A stretch of DNA of 64,000 bases from a virus (lineage: Duplodnaviria > Caudoviricetes), in the IMG/VR virus record IMGVR_UViG_3300038968_000070, positions 59,914-123,913 of that record; one strand, 5' to 3'. This document shows, in pieces, positions 47,139 through 56,461 of this stretch. The position numbers were made by a program, and so were the translations under genes. The first letter of the stretch is position 1. Every line of letters starts with the position of its first letter. The notes under the pieces were generated by a model. It was not told the DNA's origin, did not search any database, and was given only the letters and a program-made list of their open reading frames with translations.

Positions 47139-47849
47139 ATGTCCATGGGCACCGTCGGCGTCGCACCCGGCACCACCACGTTCACCCTCCAGGACGGCAC
47201 GGTCATCAGCCTCGCCGACTGGATCGACGATCGCGTCTTCAGCACGATCCAGCTGAGCAACGGCCAGTCCGGCTCGCTGGAGTGCTTCGGCGCGGGCCTG
47301 TCGCAGCAGATCCCCGGCGGCACGCGCACGCTGACGTCGGCGGACACCAACCTCCAGCGGCCGGGCTCGAACGGTCTCCCGCAGGCGTACGAGCTGCTCG
47401 TCTTCTCGATCGGCATCGACTTCGTGCGCGCGTGCCGGCCGCAGACGGGCCAGTCGCAGCCGGTCATCGGCGACAGCTCGGGCGCGCTCTCCGAGGCGCT
47501 CCGGTACTCGACGTTCTTCGGCATCAACCGCCTGACGAACGTCCAGTTCAAGTACCGCGAGAAGACGTACGCCGAGGGCGTGCCGGTGAACTTCCCGAAC
47601 GGGCGCGGCGCGTGGATCGACGTGACCACGTCGGACTTCGAGGTCGTGAACAACGGCCGCCCGGACCCGCGCTCGCGCAACTCGATGGTGCTGCCCATCC
47701 GGCTCCAGGAGAACCTGAGCTTCAAGCTCGTGTTCGCCCCGCAGTCGCCGCTCGTGATCTCGCAGGACGCGACCGACGGCGGCACGGACCTGACGTTCGT
47801 CGACGCCAAGGGCGAGCTGAACGGACTCTACAAGCGCCCGGTGGTCTGA
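47139..47849 (+). CDS. candidate major capsid protein (jelly-roll-type, inferred)
   Basis: Beta-rich 236 aa; AGGAG RBS; strongly biased codons; followed by terminator; no HK97 features recognised. Confidence 0.6.
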   Translation: MSMGTVGVAPGTTTFTLQDGTVISLADWIDDRVFSTIQLSNGQSGSLECFGAGLSQQIPGGTRTLTSADTNLQRPGSNGLPQAYELLVFSIGIDFVRACRPQTGQSQPVIGDSSGALSEALRYSTFFGINRLTNVQFKYREKTYAEGVPVNFPNGRGAWIDVTTSDFEVVNNGRPDPRSRNSMVLPIRLQENLSFKLVFAPQSPLVISQDATDGGTDLTFVDAKGELNGLYKRPVV

Positions 47850-47938
47850 AGCAATAACGCCTAGTTGCGCGGCATAAAGCTAGGCTTTGGCCGGGCCAAG
47901 TGCCAAACAGCTAGACGTTGGCTGAAGGCTTGATGTAG

Positions 47939-47967
47939 AAGGGGACCTCGATTCGAGGTCCCCTTTT
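47939..47967 (+). terminator. intrinsic terminator
   Basis: AAGGGGACCTCG..CGAGGTCCCCTT stem ending in TTTT. Confidence 0.8.
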
Positions 47968-47985
47968 GTCGTCCAAGGAGCCTTC

Positions 47986-49632
47986 ATGCCTCAGCCGTTG
48001 ATCGACTTGACCGGACGGCGGTTCGGTCGGCTCGTCGTCTGCTTTCGCGCGCCCGCGGAGCCGGGCAAGAAGCCGCAGTGGGTCTGCAAGTGCGACTGCC
48101 CGGCACAGACGATCAGGATCATCTACGGCTACTCGTTGTTGCGTGGCGACTCGACCTCGTGTGGCTGTGCACAACGCGAGGGTATGTCGGCGCGCCGCAC
48201 GAAGCACGGACGGCGGCGGATCGCGGATCCGGGTGCGTTCGGTGAAGACCGACGTACGCGTAGCTCAACGTACGGCTCGTGGTCGGCTATGAAGTCACGG
48301 TGCAAGGACCACCCGCGCTACGCCGGGCGCGGGATCAAGGTGTGCCCACGGTGGCTCGGGCCTACCGGCTTCGACAACTTCGTTGCGGACATGGGTGAGT
48401 GTCCCGAGGGGATGTCGCTCAACCGGTTGAGCAACGCAGGCAACTACTGCGCGGCGAAGTGCGGCGGCCTTTGTGGACACACCGAGAGCAACTGCGAGTG
48501 GGCCACGCACACGAAGCAGATGCTCGATCGTGACCACATCCGGCGCTTCACCGACGACGAGGTAAAGGACATCGTCGCGCGCACCGTCGCGCGACAATCG
48601 CAGGAGCACATCGCGCGGGTGTACGGCGTCGGTCGGCGAGTGATTCGACGCGTCCTCCGCGACGCGTTCGCGACAGCGCCGCGTACGCCTACGAAGGCGC
48701 CGTCGCATCGCGTGCGGCTAACACGTGAGGTTGACGTCGCCGGGCATATCGCCGCCCTCCGTCGTGACGGTTTCCCGTGGGCTGCGCTGGTGGATGATGA
48801 AGGTGACTCGCTCGCGCTCGTTCGTGCGGCCAAGGTTACGGTGCGCGGCGACGAAGTCGTGTCCATCAGCGGCGCCGGGCAATGGACGTGCCTCGACGCC
48901 AATCGACATCGGTTCGACGCGCGGCATCTCGGACAGCCGTCGGTCGTGGCGGCGTTCGCCGATGACGAAATCCTCGCACGTGCGATCAGGTACAGGATGG
49001 ATCGGGGGTACCGCATCACGGCCCGCGCTGTCTTGCGGACGCTTCGCGCGATGATTCACGCCCCGAGCAACTTCCCGCCGGCACTCGCGCGTTGGCTTGT
49101 CGACGAGTACGCCCCTGAGGGTGGCGTTGTCCTCGACCCGTGCGCCGGGTTCGGCGGGCGACTTCTCGGCACCGTCGCGAGCGCGCGCAACGCGCGCTAC
49201 GTCGGCTTCGATGTCGAGCCGCGAACCGTCGAGGGCAACCGCGCGCTTGCCTCGCGGGTCGGTGTTGCCGATCGAGTCGATGTTGTGTGCCGTAGCGCGG
49301 TCGCACCTACCGTGTGGCCCCGCGCCGACGTCGTCTTGACCGGGCCGCCGTACTTCAACTTGGAGGACTACGGCGACGCCTCGCGTGTCTTGCACGCGGC
49401 TTACGAGGACTGGCGTGACGACTTCCTTTGCGGGCTCATCACGCGCGCACTGGCGGCCGCGCCGGTCGTGATCCTCAACGTTGCGCACGTCGGCAAGCAC
49501 GACATGCCGGCGGACGTGTGCGAGATCGCTAAAGGTTTGGGCGCGCGCGTGGCGCGTGTCATCACGTGGCCGCTGCGAGAATTCAACCGGCGCAGCCACC
49601 CTGAGAAGATCCTCGTGCTGCGCGCGGCGTGA
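47986..49632 (+). CDS. HNH-type endonuclease-like domain + HTH + amino-DNA methyltransferase fusion
   Basis: DLTGRRFGRL..SCGC..YAGRGIKVC..NCEWAT; LDPCAGFGGR; TGPPYFNLEDY. Confidence 0.8.
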   Translation: MPQPLIDLTGRRFGRLVVCFRAPAEPGKKPQWVCKCDCPAQTIRIIYGYSLLRGDSTSCGCAQREGMSARRTKHGRRRIADPGAFGEDRRTRSSTYGSWSAMKSRCKDHPRYAGRGIKVCPRWLGPTGFDNFVADMGECPEGMSLNRLSNAGNYCAAKCGGLCGHTESNCEWATHTKQMLDRDHIRRFTDDEVKDIVARTVARQSQEHIARVYGVGRRVIRRVLRDAFATAPRTPTKAPSHRVRLTREVDVAGHIAALRRDGFPWAALVDDEGDSLALVRAAKVTVRGDEVVSISGAGQWTCLDANRHRFDARHLGQPSVVAAFADDEILARAIRYRMDRGYRITARAVLRTLRAMIHAPSNFPPALARWLVDEYAPEGGVVLDPCAGFGGRLLGTVASARNARYVGFDVEPRTVEGNRALASRVGVADRVDVVCRSAVAPTVWPRADVVLTGPPYFNLEDYGDASRVLHAAYEDWRDDFLCGLITRALAAAPVVILNVAHVGKHDMPADVCEIAKGLGARVARVITWPLREFNRRSHPEKILVLRAA

Positions 49633-49656
49633 CCGGCGGTGTAGGGCGAACCCCCG

Positions 49657-49704
49657 GATCGCTCACCCGATCCCCTTGATCGGTCACGCGATCCAGGGGA
49701 CAAT
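49657..49704 (+). promoter_or_regulatory. tandem GATC-dyad boxes with promoter
   Basis: GATCGCTCACCCGATC then TTGATC-17 bp-GACAAT; ATG at 49712. Confidence 0.75.
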
Positions 49705-49711
49705 GCTCCCC

Positions 49712-50212
49712 ATGGGCCGTCTCGCACAGAGCTTCGCGGGTCTTCAGATCCAGGACATGTTCCCGTACGCGATGAAGACCCAGCTCACGTTGGGTCCGAG
49801 CGTCAGCGCCCGGAACTTCCCCAACGCGGACTGGCTCAACACGCAAGATCACCCCTTCGCGGTGCACCGGCTCACGGTGCGCATCATCGCGCTCGACGAG
49901 AACGGCCTCGTCGTCGCGTCGCAGCCCGACATCGAGACGCGCGAGGCGCTCGTTCTCCTCGGCTTGCTCCTTCAGGGCTTCAACCAGCCCATGACGAAGG
50001 ACGCAACGCCCATCGAGGTCGGCAACCTCCTCGGTGGCACCACGAGCGAGCGCTACTGGCGCTTCGAGGAGCCGTTCGTGCTGCCCAACAGCTACGGCGT
50101 CGTCGCCACCGCGACCACGCTCGCGTTGCCGGCGGGCGTCTCGTACACGCAGCTTCGCATCACCCTGGTCTGTCAGGGTTTTCTCCTCCAGGTCACCAAG
50201 CCCAACGGCTGA
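49712..50212 (+). CDS. candidate second (small) jelly-roll capsid protein
   Basis: Beta-rich ~166 aa; PF(AV)HRL..EPFVLP..ITLVCQG pattern parallels 47139 protein. Confidence 0.5.
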   Translation: MGRLAQSFAGLQIQDMFPYAMKTQLTLGPSVSARNFPNADWLNTQDHPFAVHRLTVRIIALDENGLVVASQPDIETREALVLLGLLLQGFNQPMTKDATPIEVGNLLGGTTSERYWRFEEPFVLPNSYGVVATATTLALPAGVSYTQLRITLVCQGFLLQVTKPNG

Positions 50213-50226
50213 TCGGCCAACGCCGC

Positions 50227-50562
50227 ATGGCCAACCACATGATCACGATCGTCGGGACGACGGATCTCCTTCCGTCGACCTCGACCGCGAACGACGTCGG
50301 CCCGTTGGTGACGGCGCCTAACGACAAGTTCGTTCGCGCCCTGATTCGCAACACCGGGCAGTCGGACGTGTTCCTCGGCTTCACGACCGCGGCTGTCGTC
50401 GGCAACCCGGGCGCGCAAGCGGCGTATCGCCTGCCGGCAGGACAATCCGACGTGTTCGTCCTCACGCCGCGTCAAGCGCTGTACGCGACGTCGGTCGGCG
50501 GCGGCGGCCGCGTGTCGTTCGCTGTGTCGCAGGCGTTGCCCATCGATATGAGGGTGGGCTGA
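50227..50562 (+). CDS. small beta-sandwich structural protein
   Basis: IRNTGQSDVFLG..YRLPAG. Confidence 0.6.
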   Translation: MANHMITIVGTTDLLPSTSTANDVGPLVTAPNDKFVRALIRNTGQSDVFLGFTTAAVVGNPGAQAAYRLPAGQSDVFVLTPRQALYATSVGGGGRVSFAVSQALPIDMRVG

Positions 50563-50565
50563 CGT

Positions 50566-51393
50566 ATGTCGATCCAGAGCCTCGTGACGTACCAGCAGGC
50601 GCTCGCCGCCGGCGATACGTTCTGGCGCCTTCAGATCTCGAATTGGGGCAACCGCGAAACCGGTGCGGATGCTAACAGCATCCAGTACACCGGGGCCGTC
50701 GACGGTGCGCAGTACGTCACTATCGGCCCCGAGAGCACGGCGGACGAAGTGATCGTCGGTTACAGCGCGCCGTCGACCTTCAACCGCGCGTTCACAATCC
50801 CGAACCCGGGGTTCCAGAATCAGATCTCGATGACCGTCGGGATCACGCGGCCTGGCGTCATGCTCCCCGGTCCGCTGACGATCCGTACGGCGATGTCGAC
50901 GCAGTTCTGCGACAGCTACTTCCGCGACGGTAATCCGATCGTGCAGAACTTCGGTGGCTTGGAGCCGCTCTTCGAGGCGCCGAGCCTTCAGCTGCTCGTC
51001 TACCCGTACGTCCCGACGATGCCCGCGCTCCCCAAGCGCGCAGACCTGTACCGACACGCGCAGACCAGCGCGGACGCGGACGTCGGCGACGAGACGTTGA
51101 TCGCGATCTGGCCGGTCATGGGGCGCAGTTGCAAGGCGCTCTACTTCCGCGCGACGAATGACCTCGTCGCGACCATTCGCGTCGGCGCGATTTCGTACTT
51201 CACGCAGACCGTTGTCGGCAACCCGTCGCCGCGTGCTGTCGAGGACACTGTCGCGACCGCGGATATCAACGCGACGACCGGCGTACAGGAGTCGATCATC
51301 ACCGGTCGACCGATGCAGTGGGTCGCGGTGTACTACACACGGACGAGCGGCACCGGGTTCATCAACACCAACCTCATCGCGCAGGATTGCTGA
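50566..51393 (+). CDS. putative vertex/structural protein
   Basis: Beta-rich; structural operon. Confidence 0.6.
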   Translation: MSIQSLVTYQQALAAGDTFWRLQISNWGNRETGADANSIQYTGAVDGAQYVTIGPESTADEVIVGYSAPSTFNRAFTIPNPGFQNQISMTVGITRPGVMLPGPLTIRTAMSTQFCDSYFRDGNPIVQNFGGLEPLFEAPSLQLLVYPYVPTMPALPKRADLYRHAQTSADADVGDETLIAIWPVMGRSCKALYFRATNDLVATIRVGAISYFTQTVVGNPSPRAVEDTVATADINATTGVQESIITGRPMQWVAVYYTRTSGTGFINTNLIAQDC

Positions 51394-51396
51394 GCC

Positions 51397-51720
51397 ATGG
51401 GGTGCGGCTGCACGTCGACCGAAGGTGGCAACTCCGGCGGGGGTGGGAACGGTCACGACTACGTCGCGTTCACGTACATTTGCAGTGGCGCGGAGGGCTC
51501 CGACTTCACGATCACGATTCCCGTCCCCGATAGCCCGTTGCTCAACACCAGCTACATCCCGCAGGTGACGTGCGGCGGCGTCAGCACGATCCTGGCCTTC
51601 GACTGTCCTTTCGGAGATCGGACCGTGAACGACTTCCGGGTGATCTCCACGGCGGCGGTCACCGCCGGTGACCGACTCGACGTCGTCATCCACTACACGA
51701 CGTCGTCGCCGCCGACATGA
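51397..51720 (+). CDS. putative spike-associated protein
   Basis: Beta-rich; precedes spike. Confidence 0.6.
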   Translation: MGCGCTSTEGGNSGGGGNGHDYVAFTYICSGAEGSDFTITIPVPDSPLLNTSYIPQVTCGGVSTILAFDCPFGDRTVNDFRVISTAAVTAGDRLDVVIHYTTSSPPT

Positions 51721-51728
51721 GGTGACCC

Positions 51729-53423
51729 ATGGCCAAGACGTTCAACGCGGAGCGGGTTTCTCTCGGTACGGGCGCGCCCGAGCTTTTGTCAGGCGCCGCC
51801 GATCCGTCGGCCGGCGCCGGCGTCGCGGCACCAGTCGGGTCGGTGTACCTCCGCAGCACGACCGACGAGCTGTGGCAGAAGTTCGGTGTCGCAGACACGG
51901 ATTGGGCGCTCGTCGGCGGGTCGAGCCTTGTCGGCTTCACGACGGCGACCGACACCGCGCTTGGTGTCGGCGCCGGTGACGCGCTCACGACCGGCGCGCG
52001 CAACGTGGCCGTCGGTACCGACGCGCTCGGCGCGCAAACCACGTCGAATGACAGCACCGCGCTCGGGTACAACGCGTTACTCCTCGCGACCACGGGACCG
52101 AATACGATGGTCGGCAGCCTGGCGGGCGCCGCGATCACGTTGGGTCCTCGTAATACCGGCGTCGGATTCAGCGCGCTCGGCGCGTTGCAGACGGGTCAAG
52201 ACAATACAGCCGTTGGGCATTTCGCGCTCGCGACGTCGACGGGGAGCAACAATACGGCGGTGGGCACCTTCGCACTTACGGGGGTCACCACGGGCACGCA
52301 GAACACTTCCGTGGGCGCGAACGCGCTCGGCGCTGTCTCGACCAACGGAAATTGCACCGCTGTTGGCGCGCGCGCGCTCGCCGTCAACACGGCTGCCGAT
52401 AACACCGCCGTCGGCGCTAACGCGCTCGACGTCAACACGAGCGGTACGCAGAACACGGCCGTGGGCCGCAACGCGCTCGGCGCGATCACGACGAACGGGT
52501 CGTCCACCGCCGTCGGACATCACGCGTTGCTATTCGCGACCGGGTCGTCGAACACCGCCGTGGGCGCGCTGGCCGGCGATGCCGTCACGTCGGGCTCGCA
52601 GAACACGATGGTCGGGTACAACGCGGGCAGCGCGTCGACCGTGGCCCAGAACGTCACGGCCGTCGGTTCCAACGCCGCCGCGGCGAACACGGCGAGCGGC
52701 ATCACGGCCGTCGGATACAACGCGCTCACCGGCAACACGAGCGGCATCAACAACACGTCCGTCGGCAACCGTTCGCTCGAAACCATGACGCTGGGCTCCA
52801 ACAACACCGCTGTTGGTGGCGCCGCACTCTTGAATTCGGGCTCCGACGACTGCACCGCCATGGGCTACCTTGCCCTCTTCAACGTGACCAGCGGCTCGCA
52901 GAACACGGGCATCGGCACCAACGCTGGCGACACCATCACGACGGGCGCACGCAACACGATCCTCGGTGCTGGCGCGGACGTGGATGCCGGCACGCGGACG
53001 GGCGCGATCGCGATCGGTATCTCGGCGGCCGGAACGGGCGCCACCGCTACCGTCGATGACGGCCTCTTCTTCCACACCGCGCTCGCGACGGTCTCCGGCA
53101 CTGCGGTCGAGTACGACGCCGCAACCGGTCAGATGGGACCGATCGCCAGCTCGCGGCGCTTCAAGACCGACATCGAGCCGCTCGGACGTGACGTCGACTC
53201 GTCGAAGGTCTTCGATCTCCGCGAGGTGAGCTACACGCTCAAGTCGAACGGCGCGCACGAGATCGGCCTCATCGCCGAGGAAGTCGCGGAGCTGTACCCG
53301 CAACTCGTTCCGCTCGACAACGAAGGGCGCCCGCAGGCGGTCAAGTACGACCGCGTGGTCGTGCTCTTGCTCGCGGAGCTGCGCAAGCTGCGCGACCGCG
53401 TGGCGCAGCTCGAAGCACGCTAG
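51729..53423 (+). CDS. spike/fibre with NTAVG beta-roll repeats and C-terminal peptidase S74 intramolecular chaperone
   Basis: Many ~14-aa NTAVGxxAL repeats; SSRRFKTDI..IGLIAEEV..VKYD..coiled coil. Confidence 0.88.
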   Translation: MAKTFNAERVSLGTGAPELLSGAADPSAGAGVAAPVGSVYLRSTTDELWQKFGVADTDWALVGGSSLVGFTTATDTALGVGAGDALTTGARNVAVGTDALGAQTTSNDSTALGYNALLLATTGPNTMVGSLAGAAITLGPRNTGVGFSALGALQTGQDNTAVGHFALATSTGSNNTAVGTFALTGVTTGTQNTSVGANALGAVSTNGNCTAVGARALAVNTAADNTAVGANALDVNTSGTQNTAVGRNALGAITTNGSSTAVGHHALLFATGSSNTAVGALAGDAVTSGSQNTMVGYNAGSASTVAQNVTAVGSNAAAANTASGITAVGYNALTGNTSGINNTSVGNRSLETMTLGSNNTAVGGAALLNSGSDDCTAMGYLALFNVTSGSQNTGIGTNAGDTITTGARNTILGAGADVDAGTRTGAIAIGISAAGTGATATVDDGLFFHTALATVSGTAVEYDAATGQMGPIASSRRFKTDIEPLGRDVDSSKVFDLREVSYTLKSNGAHEIGLIAEEVAELYPQLVPLDNEGRPQAVKYDRVVVLLLAELRKLRDRVAQLEAR

Positions 53424-53503
53424 CGCCCCAATCGAGCGCGTGCAGCGTGATGCCCAGGGCGGCGACGGTCACGTGCCAGTCGTGAAGCCGTGCGCTCACG
53501 CGC

Positions 53504-53836
53504 TCACGGCGCGTCGACCCCGGCGTCAGCGCAAACCGCCTCACACGAGAACCCGACGCACGTGTCGCACGGGTTCGGCTGCGGAAACGGCGGGTGTGTC
53601 GCCGTCGGGGCATCGACCTCGGCGTCCACGCCCGCGTCCGGCGCGCCCGCGCAGTCGGACCCGAGGCACTCGTCCGGCGGGGGCTCGCTCGGCGGCAGGA
53701 TCACGACGTCGGCGTCGACCTGCGCGGCGTCGTCCGGGTCGCGGTCGTCGCCGAAGTACAGAGCGCAGCCGTACAGCGGCCCGATCGCGAGCGCGGTCAA
53801 AATCGCATACGAGAATCTGGTCACGAGACGAATCAT
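53504..53836 (-). CDS. acidic lipoprotein with DAG repeats
   Basis: Signal peptide, LYG-C lipobox, PDAGVDA. Confidence 0.65.
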   Translation of the reverse strand: MIRLVTRFSYAILTALAIGPLYGCALYFGDDRDPDDAAQVDADVVILPPSEPPPDECLGSDCAGAPDAGVDAEVDAPTATHPPFPQPNPCDTCVGFSCEAVCADAGVDAP

Positions 53837-53903
53837 ACGCCTCTCAGACGGGCTGTGAACCCCCTGTGTTCAAAGGGCTATTTACCCCTATGAAATCAGG
53901 TAT

Positions 53904-54344
53904 TTAGCCGGCTCCACAGGCTGTGGTCAGCCCGTGGATTTCCGCCGCCGGGTCGGCGCACACCCGAAGGATGTTCGTCGTGGCGGCGACGGCGCCCGAG
54001 TCCGTGACGTCCGTGTCGAGAAGGAGTCGCGTGCACAACTCGACGTTGGTAACGACCGCGACGGCGGCGTCGAGCATGTCGGCGATGCTCGCGCGCGGGC
54101 CGCAGGCACGACGTAGTGTGTCGGTGAAGACGCACGGCCGCAGGTAGAACCACGGACGTACGCCGCGCCCGCACCGCGTGATGTAGACGCCGTCGTAGGC
54201 CGGAAAGACCAAGTGTCCCGCGCCGTGGTAGCTGAAGTGCCAGCGCCCGTCGGGGGTGTCGGCTGTGACGCCGACGACGCGCTCGGTGACACGGCTCGTC
54301 GCCGCGAGCACGCGTCGTGTCAGCTTCGTCTGGACGATCTCCAC
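53904..54344 (-). CDS. hypothetical protein
   Basis: GTG start downstream of terminator. Confidence 0.45.
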   Translation of the reverse strand: MEIVQTKLTRRVLAATSRVTERVVGVTADTPDGRWHFSYHGAGHLVFPAYDGVYITRCGRGVRPWFYLRPCVFTDTLRRACGPRASIADMLDAAVAVVTNVELCTRLLLDTDVTDSGAVAATTNILRVCADPAAEIHGLTTACGAG

Positions 54345-54369
54345 ACCGCCGTTTCTAACACGAGAAACC

Positions 54370-54402
54370 AAAACGGCGCCCGGGTTTCCCCGGACGCCGT
54401 TT
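54370..54402 (-). terminator. intrinsic terminator
   Basis: AAACGGCG..CGCCGTTT hairpin followed by T-rich run on the minus strand. Confidence 0.75.
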
Positions 54403-54452
54403 CTTCCGTCGCCGCGCAGCGGGAAGGTCGGGCACCGCGCGTCGACAGAAAC

Positions 54453-54545
54453 CTAGCGCCTGCGGCGCCGGCGCGCCTTGAGGCACTGCCCCTTGCGGCG
54501 GCCCCGCTTGACGACTCCGAAACGACACTTGCGCTTGCCGGCCAT
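54453..54545 (-). CDS. 30-aa protamine-like peptide
   Basis: MAGKRKCRFGVVKRGRRKGQCLKARRRRRR; GGAG RBS; own terminator. Confidence 0.7.
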   Translation of the reverse strand: MAGKRKCRFGVVKRGRRKGQCLKARRRRRR

Positions 54546-54645
54546 GATTCTTTCTCCGTGTGAATCGCGACCAGGGGCCGCGGGTTGAGGCTCTAGGGTC
54601 GCATGACCGTGGCGTCGTTGCAAGGCTTCCGATAGGATAGCCAGT

Positions 54646-55500
54646 ATGGCGACGCCTCAGCAGCTCTGCGCGAACCTCCACGCGCTGACCGACACGATCA
54701 GCGGCGGGTACCTCTGGATCGTGCGGACGTTCCCTGACGCCGCGGGCGTCAGTGCCGCCGCGCGCGCGGTGCAGATGGCCAACGAAGCGCCGGTGCCGCC
54801 TGACTACGCGCCGCTCTGTGCGGCCGCGCGGGATTGGCAGTCGTCGGACGGACAGGAGAAGCTGCTCAACGGTATCGCGGTGTGGGGTCGCGACAAGGGC
54901 TTCGATCGCTACGCGCTCGGCCCTGTCGTCGGGTTCGCGCTGTGGCGCGTGCTGACCAACCCGCGCGCGCACAACCCGAGTGATCCGATGGCGACGGTCG
55001 CGTACGCCGCGACGACCGTCGTCACGCTCGCGAAGGACGGCTCCGTCGACGCCGTGTCGTACGCACCGCTGTGGCAGCTCGTGCTCAGCGACGCGAGCGT
55101 TCGCGTCCGCGTCGGTGCGATGAAGGGCTTGCAGGCGATCCTCCGTCGGGGCGTCTACAAGCTCTTGCCCGGAGAGGTCGCGAAGGCTGAGGCGTTGGCG
55201 CAACAAGCCAGGCAGCGCGGGGCGACGGTGCCACCGAGTCAGCGCAACGAGTACATGATCGACGCGGACGCGCTGCTCGGGGCGGTCGGTACGGTCAAGA
55301 CGCGGTTGGAGCTGATCGCCGCCGGGTACGCGCCCGCCGCCGTGGCGACGCAGGCGCCATTTCCGCCCGGCCCAAGCGACTGGCCGAACCCGAAGGTTTG
55401 GCCGTGGTGGTCGTGGGCGGCGATCGCGGCCGGCGGCCTGACCGTCGTCGGCGGCGCCGCAGCGCTCGCGTTGCGCTCGCGCGGCCCCGCGGCTGCGTGA
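54646..55500 (+). CDS. putative virion protein with C-terminal TM
   Basis: WPWWSWAAIAAGG TM. Confidence 0.75.
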   Translation: MATPQQLCANLHALTDTISGGYLWIVRTFPDAAGVSAAARAVQMANEAPVPPDYAPLCAAARDWQSSDGQEKLLNGIAVWGRDKGFDRYALGPVVGFALWRVLTNPRAHNPSDPMATVAYAATTVVTLAKDGSVDAVSYAPLWQLVLSDASVRVRVGAMKGLQAILRRGVYKLLPGEVAKAEALAQQARQRGATVPPSQRNEYMIDADALLGAVGTVKTRLELIAAGYAPAAVATQAPFPPGPSDWPNPKVWPWWSWAAIAAGGLTVVGGAAALALRSRGPAAA

Positions 55501-55512
55501 TACGCTGGGCCC

Positions 55513-56448
55513 ATGGCCACGCAGGAAGCGCAAGTCAAGGGCGTTCAGGACATCATGGCCAACGTCCAGGCCGCGTACGATTCGCTGAATCGTGGCCGCG
55601 CGACGTTGAACCGGTTGATCCAGAACGGCGTCGCGACGTGTCAGGACGTCAAGGTCTACAACCTTCAGGCGCGGGCGGTGTGGGCGTACCAGGAGAGCGT
55701 CGCTGGCATCATCCGTCAACAGGGCGGGCAGGCGCCGGTGGTTCCGTTGCCGGTCTACGTCGGCTGGCGCGGCATCTCCGGTGACCGCTTCGCGGACGTC
55801 GACTGCTCGTCTCCGTCGCTCGCAGGCCCCGGCGGCGCCGTGACGATGTTCGTCGACCCGCGATCGGTCGAGTGGCGTCAGGAGGTCATCCCGACGGACG
55901 CCGCCTACGTGCGGAACCTGATCGATCAGGCCGGCGCGGCGGCGACGTCCGCCGCCAACCAGGCCGGGCTCGGGGCGTTCCCTGTGGCGGCGATCCCGAT
56001 CATCATCGTCGGTGTCTTCGTCACCGTCGCGCTCGTGATCGTCCTCAAGATCGCCGAGGTCTTCATGGACATCCCGGGCAAGCGGGAGACGACCAAGCAG
56101 ATCGCCGCGCAGGCGACGGCGCACGACGCCGTCATGCAGAAGCGCGAGAGCTGCTACACGTCGTGCGTCAACACCGGCAAGGACCGCACCGCGTGCGCGC
56201 GGGACTGCGCGCGGCTCTACGAGACGCCCAAGTACAAGCTCCCCGAGGGCATGTTCGGTGGGCTCGCGGGCAAGATCGCCGGCGTCGCTGTCGTCGGGAT
56301 CCTCGCCTACGCCGGCTATCGGTTCGTCAAGGGCGGCGGCGTCGATCGTCTGCGGGACCGGCTCCCGAGCGGCGATGACCGTGACGACGACGACGGCGTC
56401 GACGTCGGCGGCGGCATGACGGTCTTGCCGGCGCGGCGCTCGGCGTGA
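55513..56448 (+). CDS. putative virion membrane protein (two TM)
   Basis: AGLGAF then TM; Cys cluster; second TM. Confidence 0.75.
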   Translation: MATQEAQVKGVQDIMANVQAAYDSLNRGRATLNRLIQNGVATCQDVKVYNLQARAVWAYQESVAGIIRQQGGQAPVVPLPVYVGWRGISGDRFADVDCSSPSLAGPGGAVTMFVDPRSVEWRQEVIPTDAAYVRNLIDQAGAAATSAANQAGLGAFPVAAIPIIIVGVFVTVALVIVLKIAEVFMDIPGKRETTKQIAAQATAHDAVMQKRESCYTSCVNTGKDRTACARDCARLYETPKYKLPEGMFGGLAGKIAGVAVVGILAYAGYRFVKGGGVDRLRDRLPSGDDRDDDDGVDVGGGMTVLPARRSA

Positions 56449-56461
56449 TACTGCCTCTCGT

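Noticed and set aside
47850-49711. Group I intron splitting one double jelly-roll capsid gene
   Set aside because: Upstream gene has a stop and terminator, downstream gene has its own promoter; no intron core recognised
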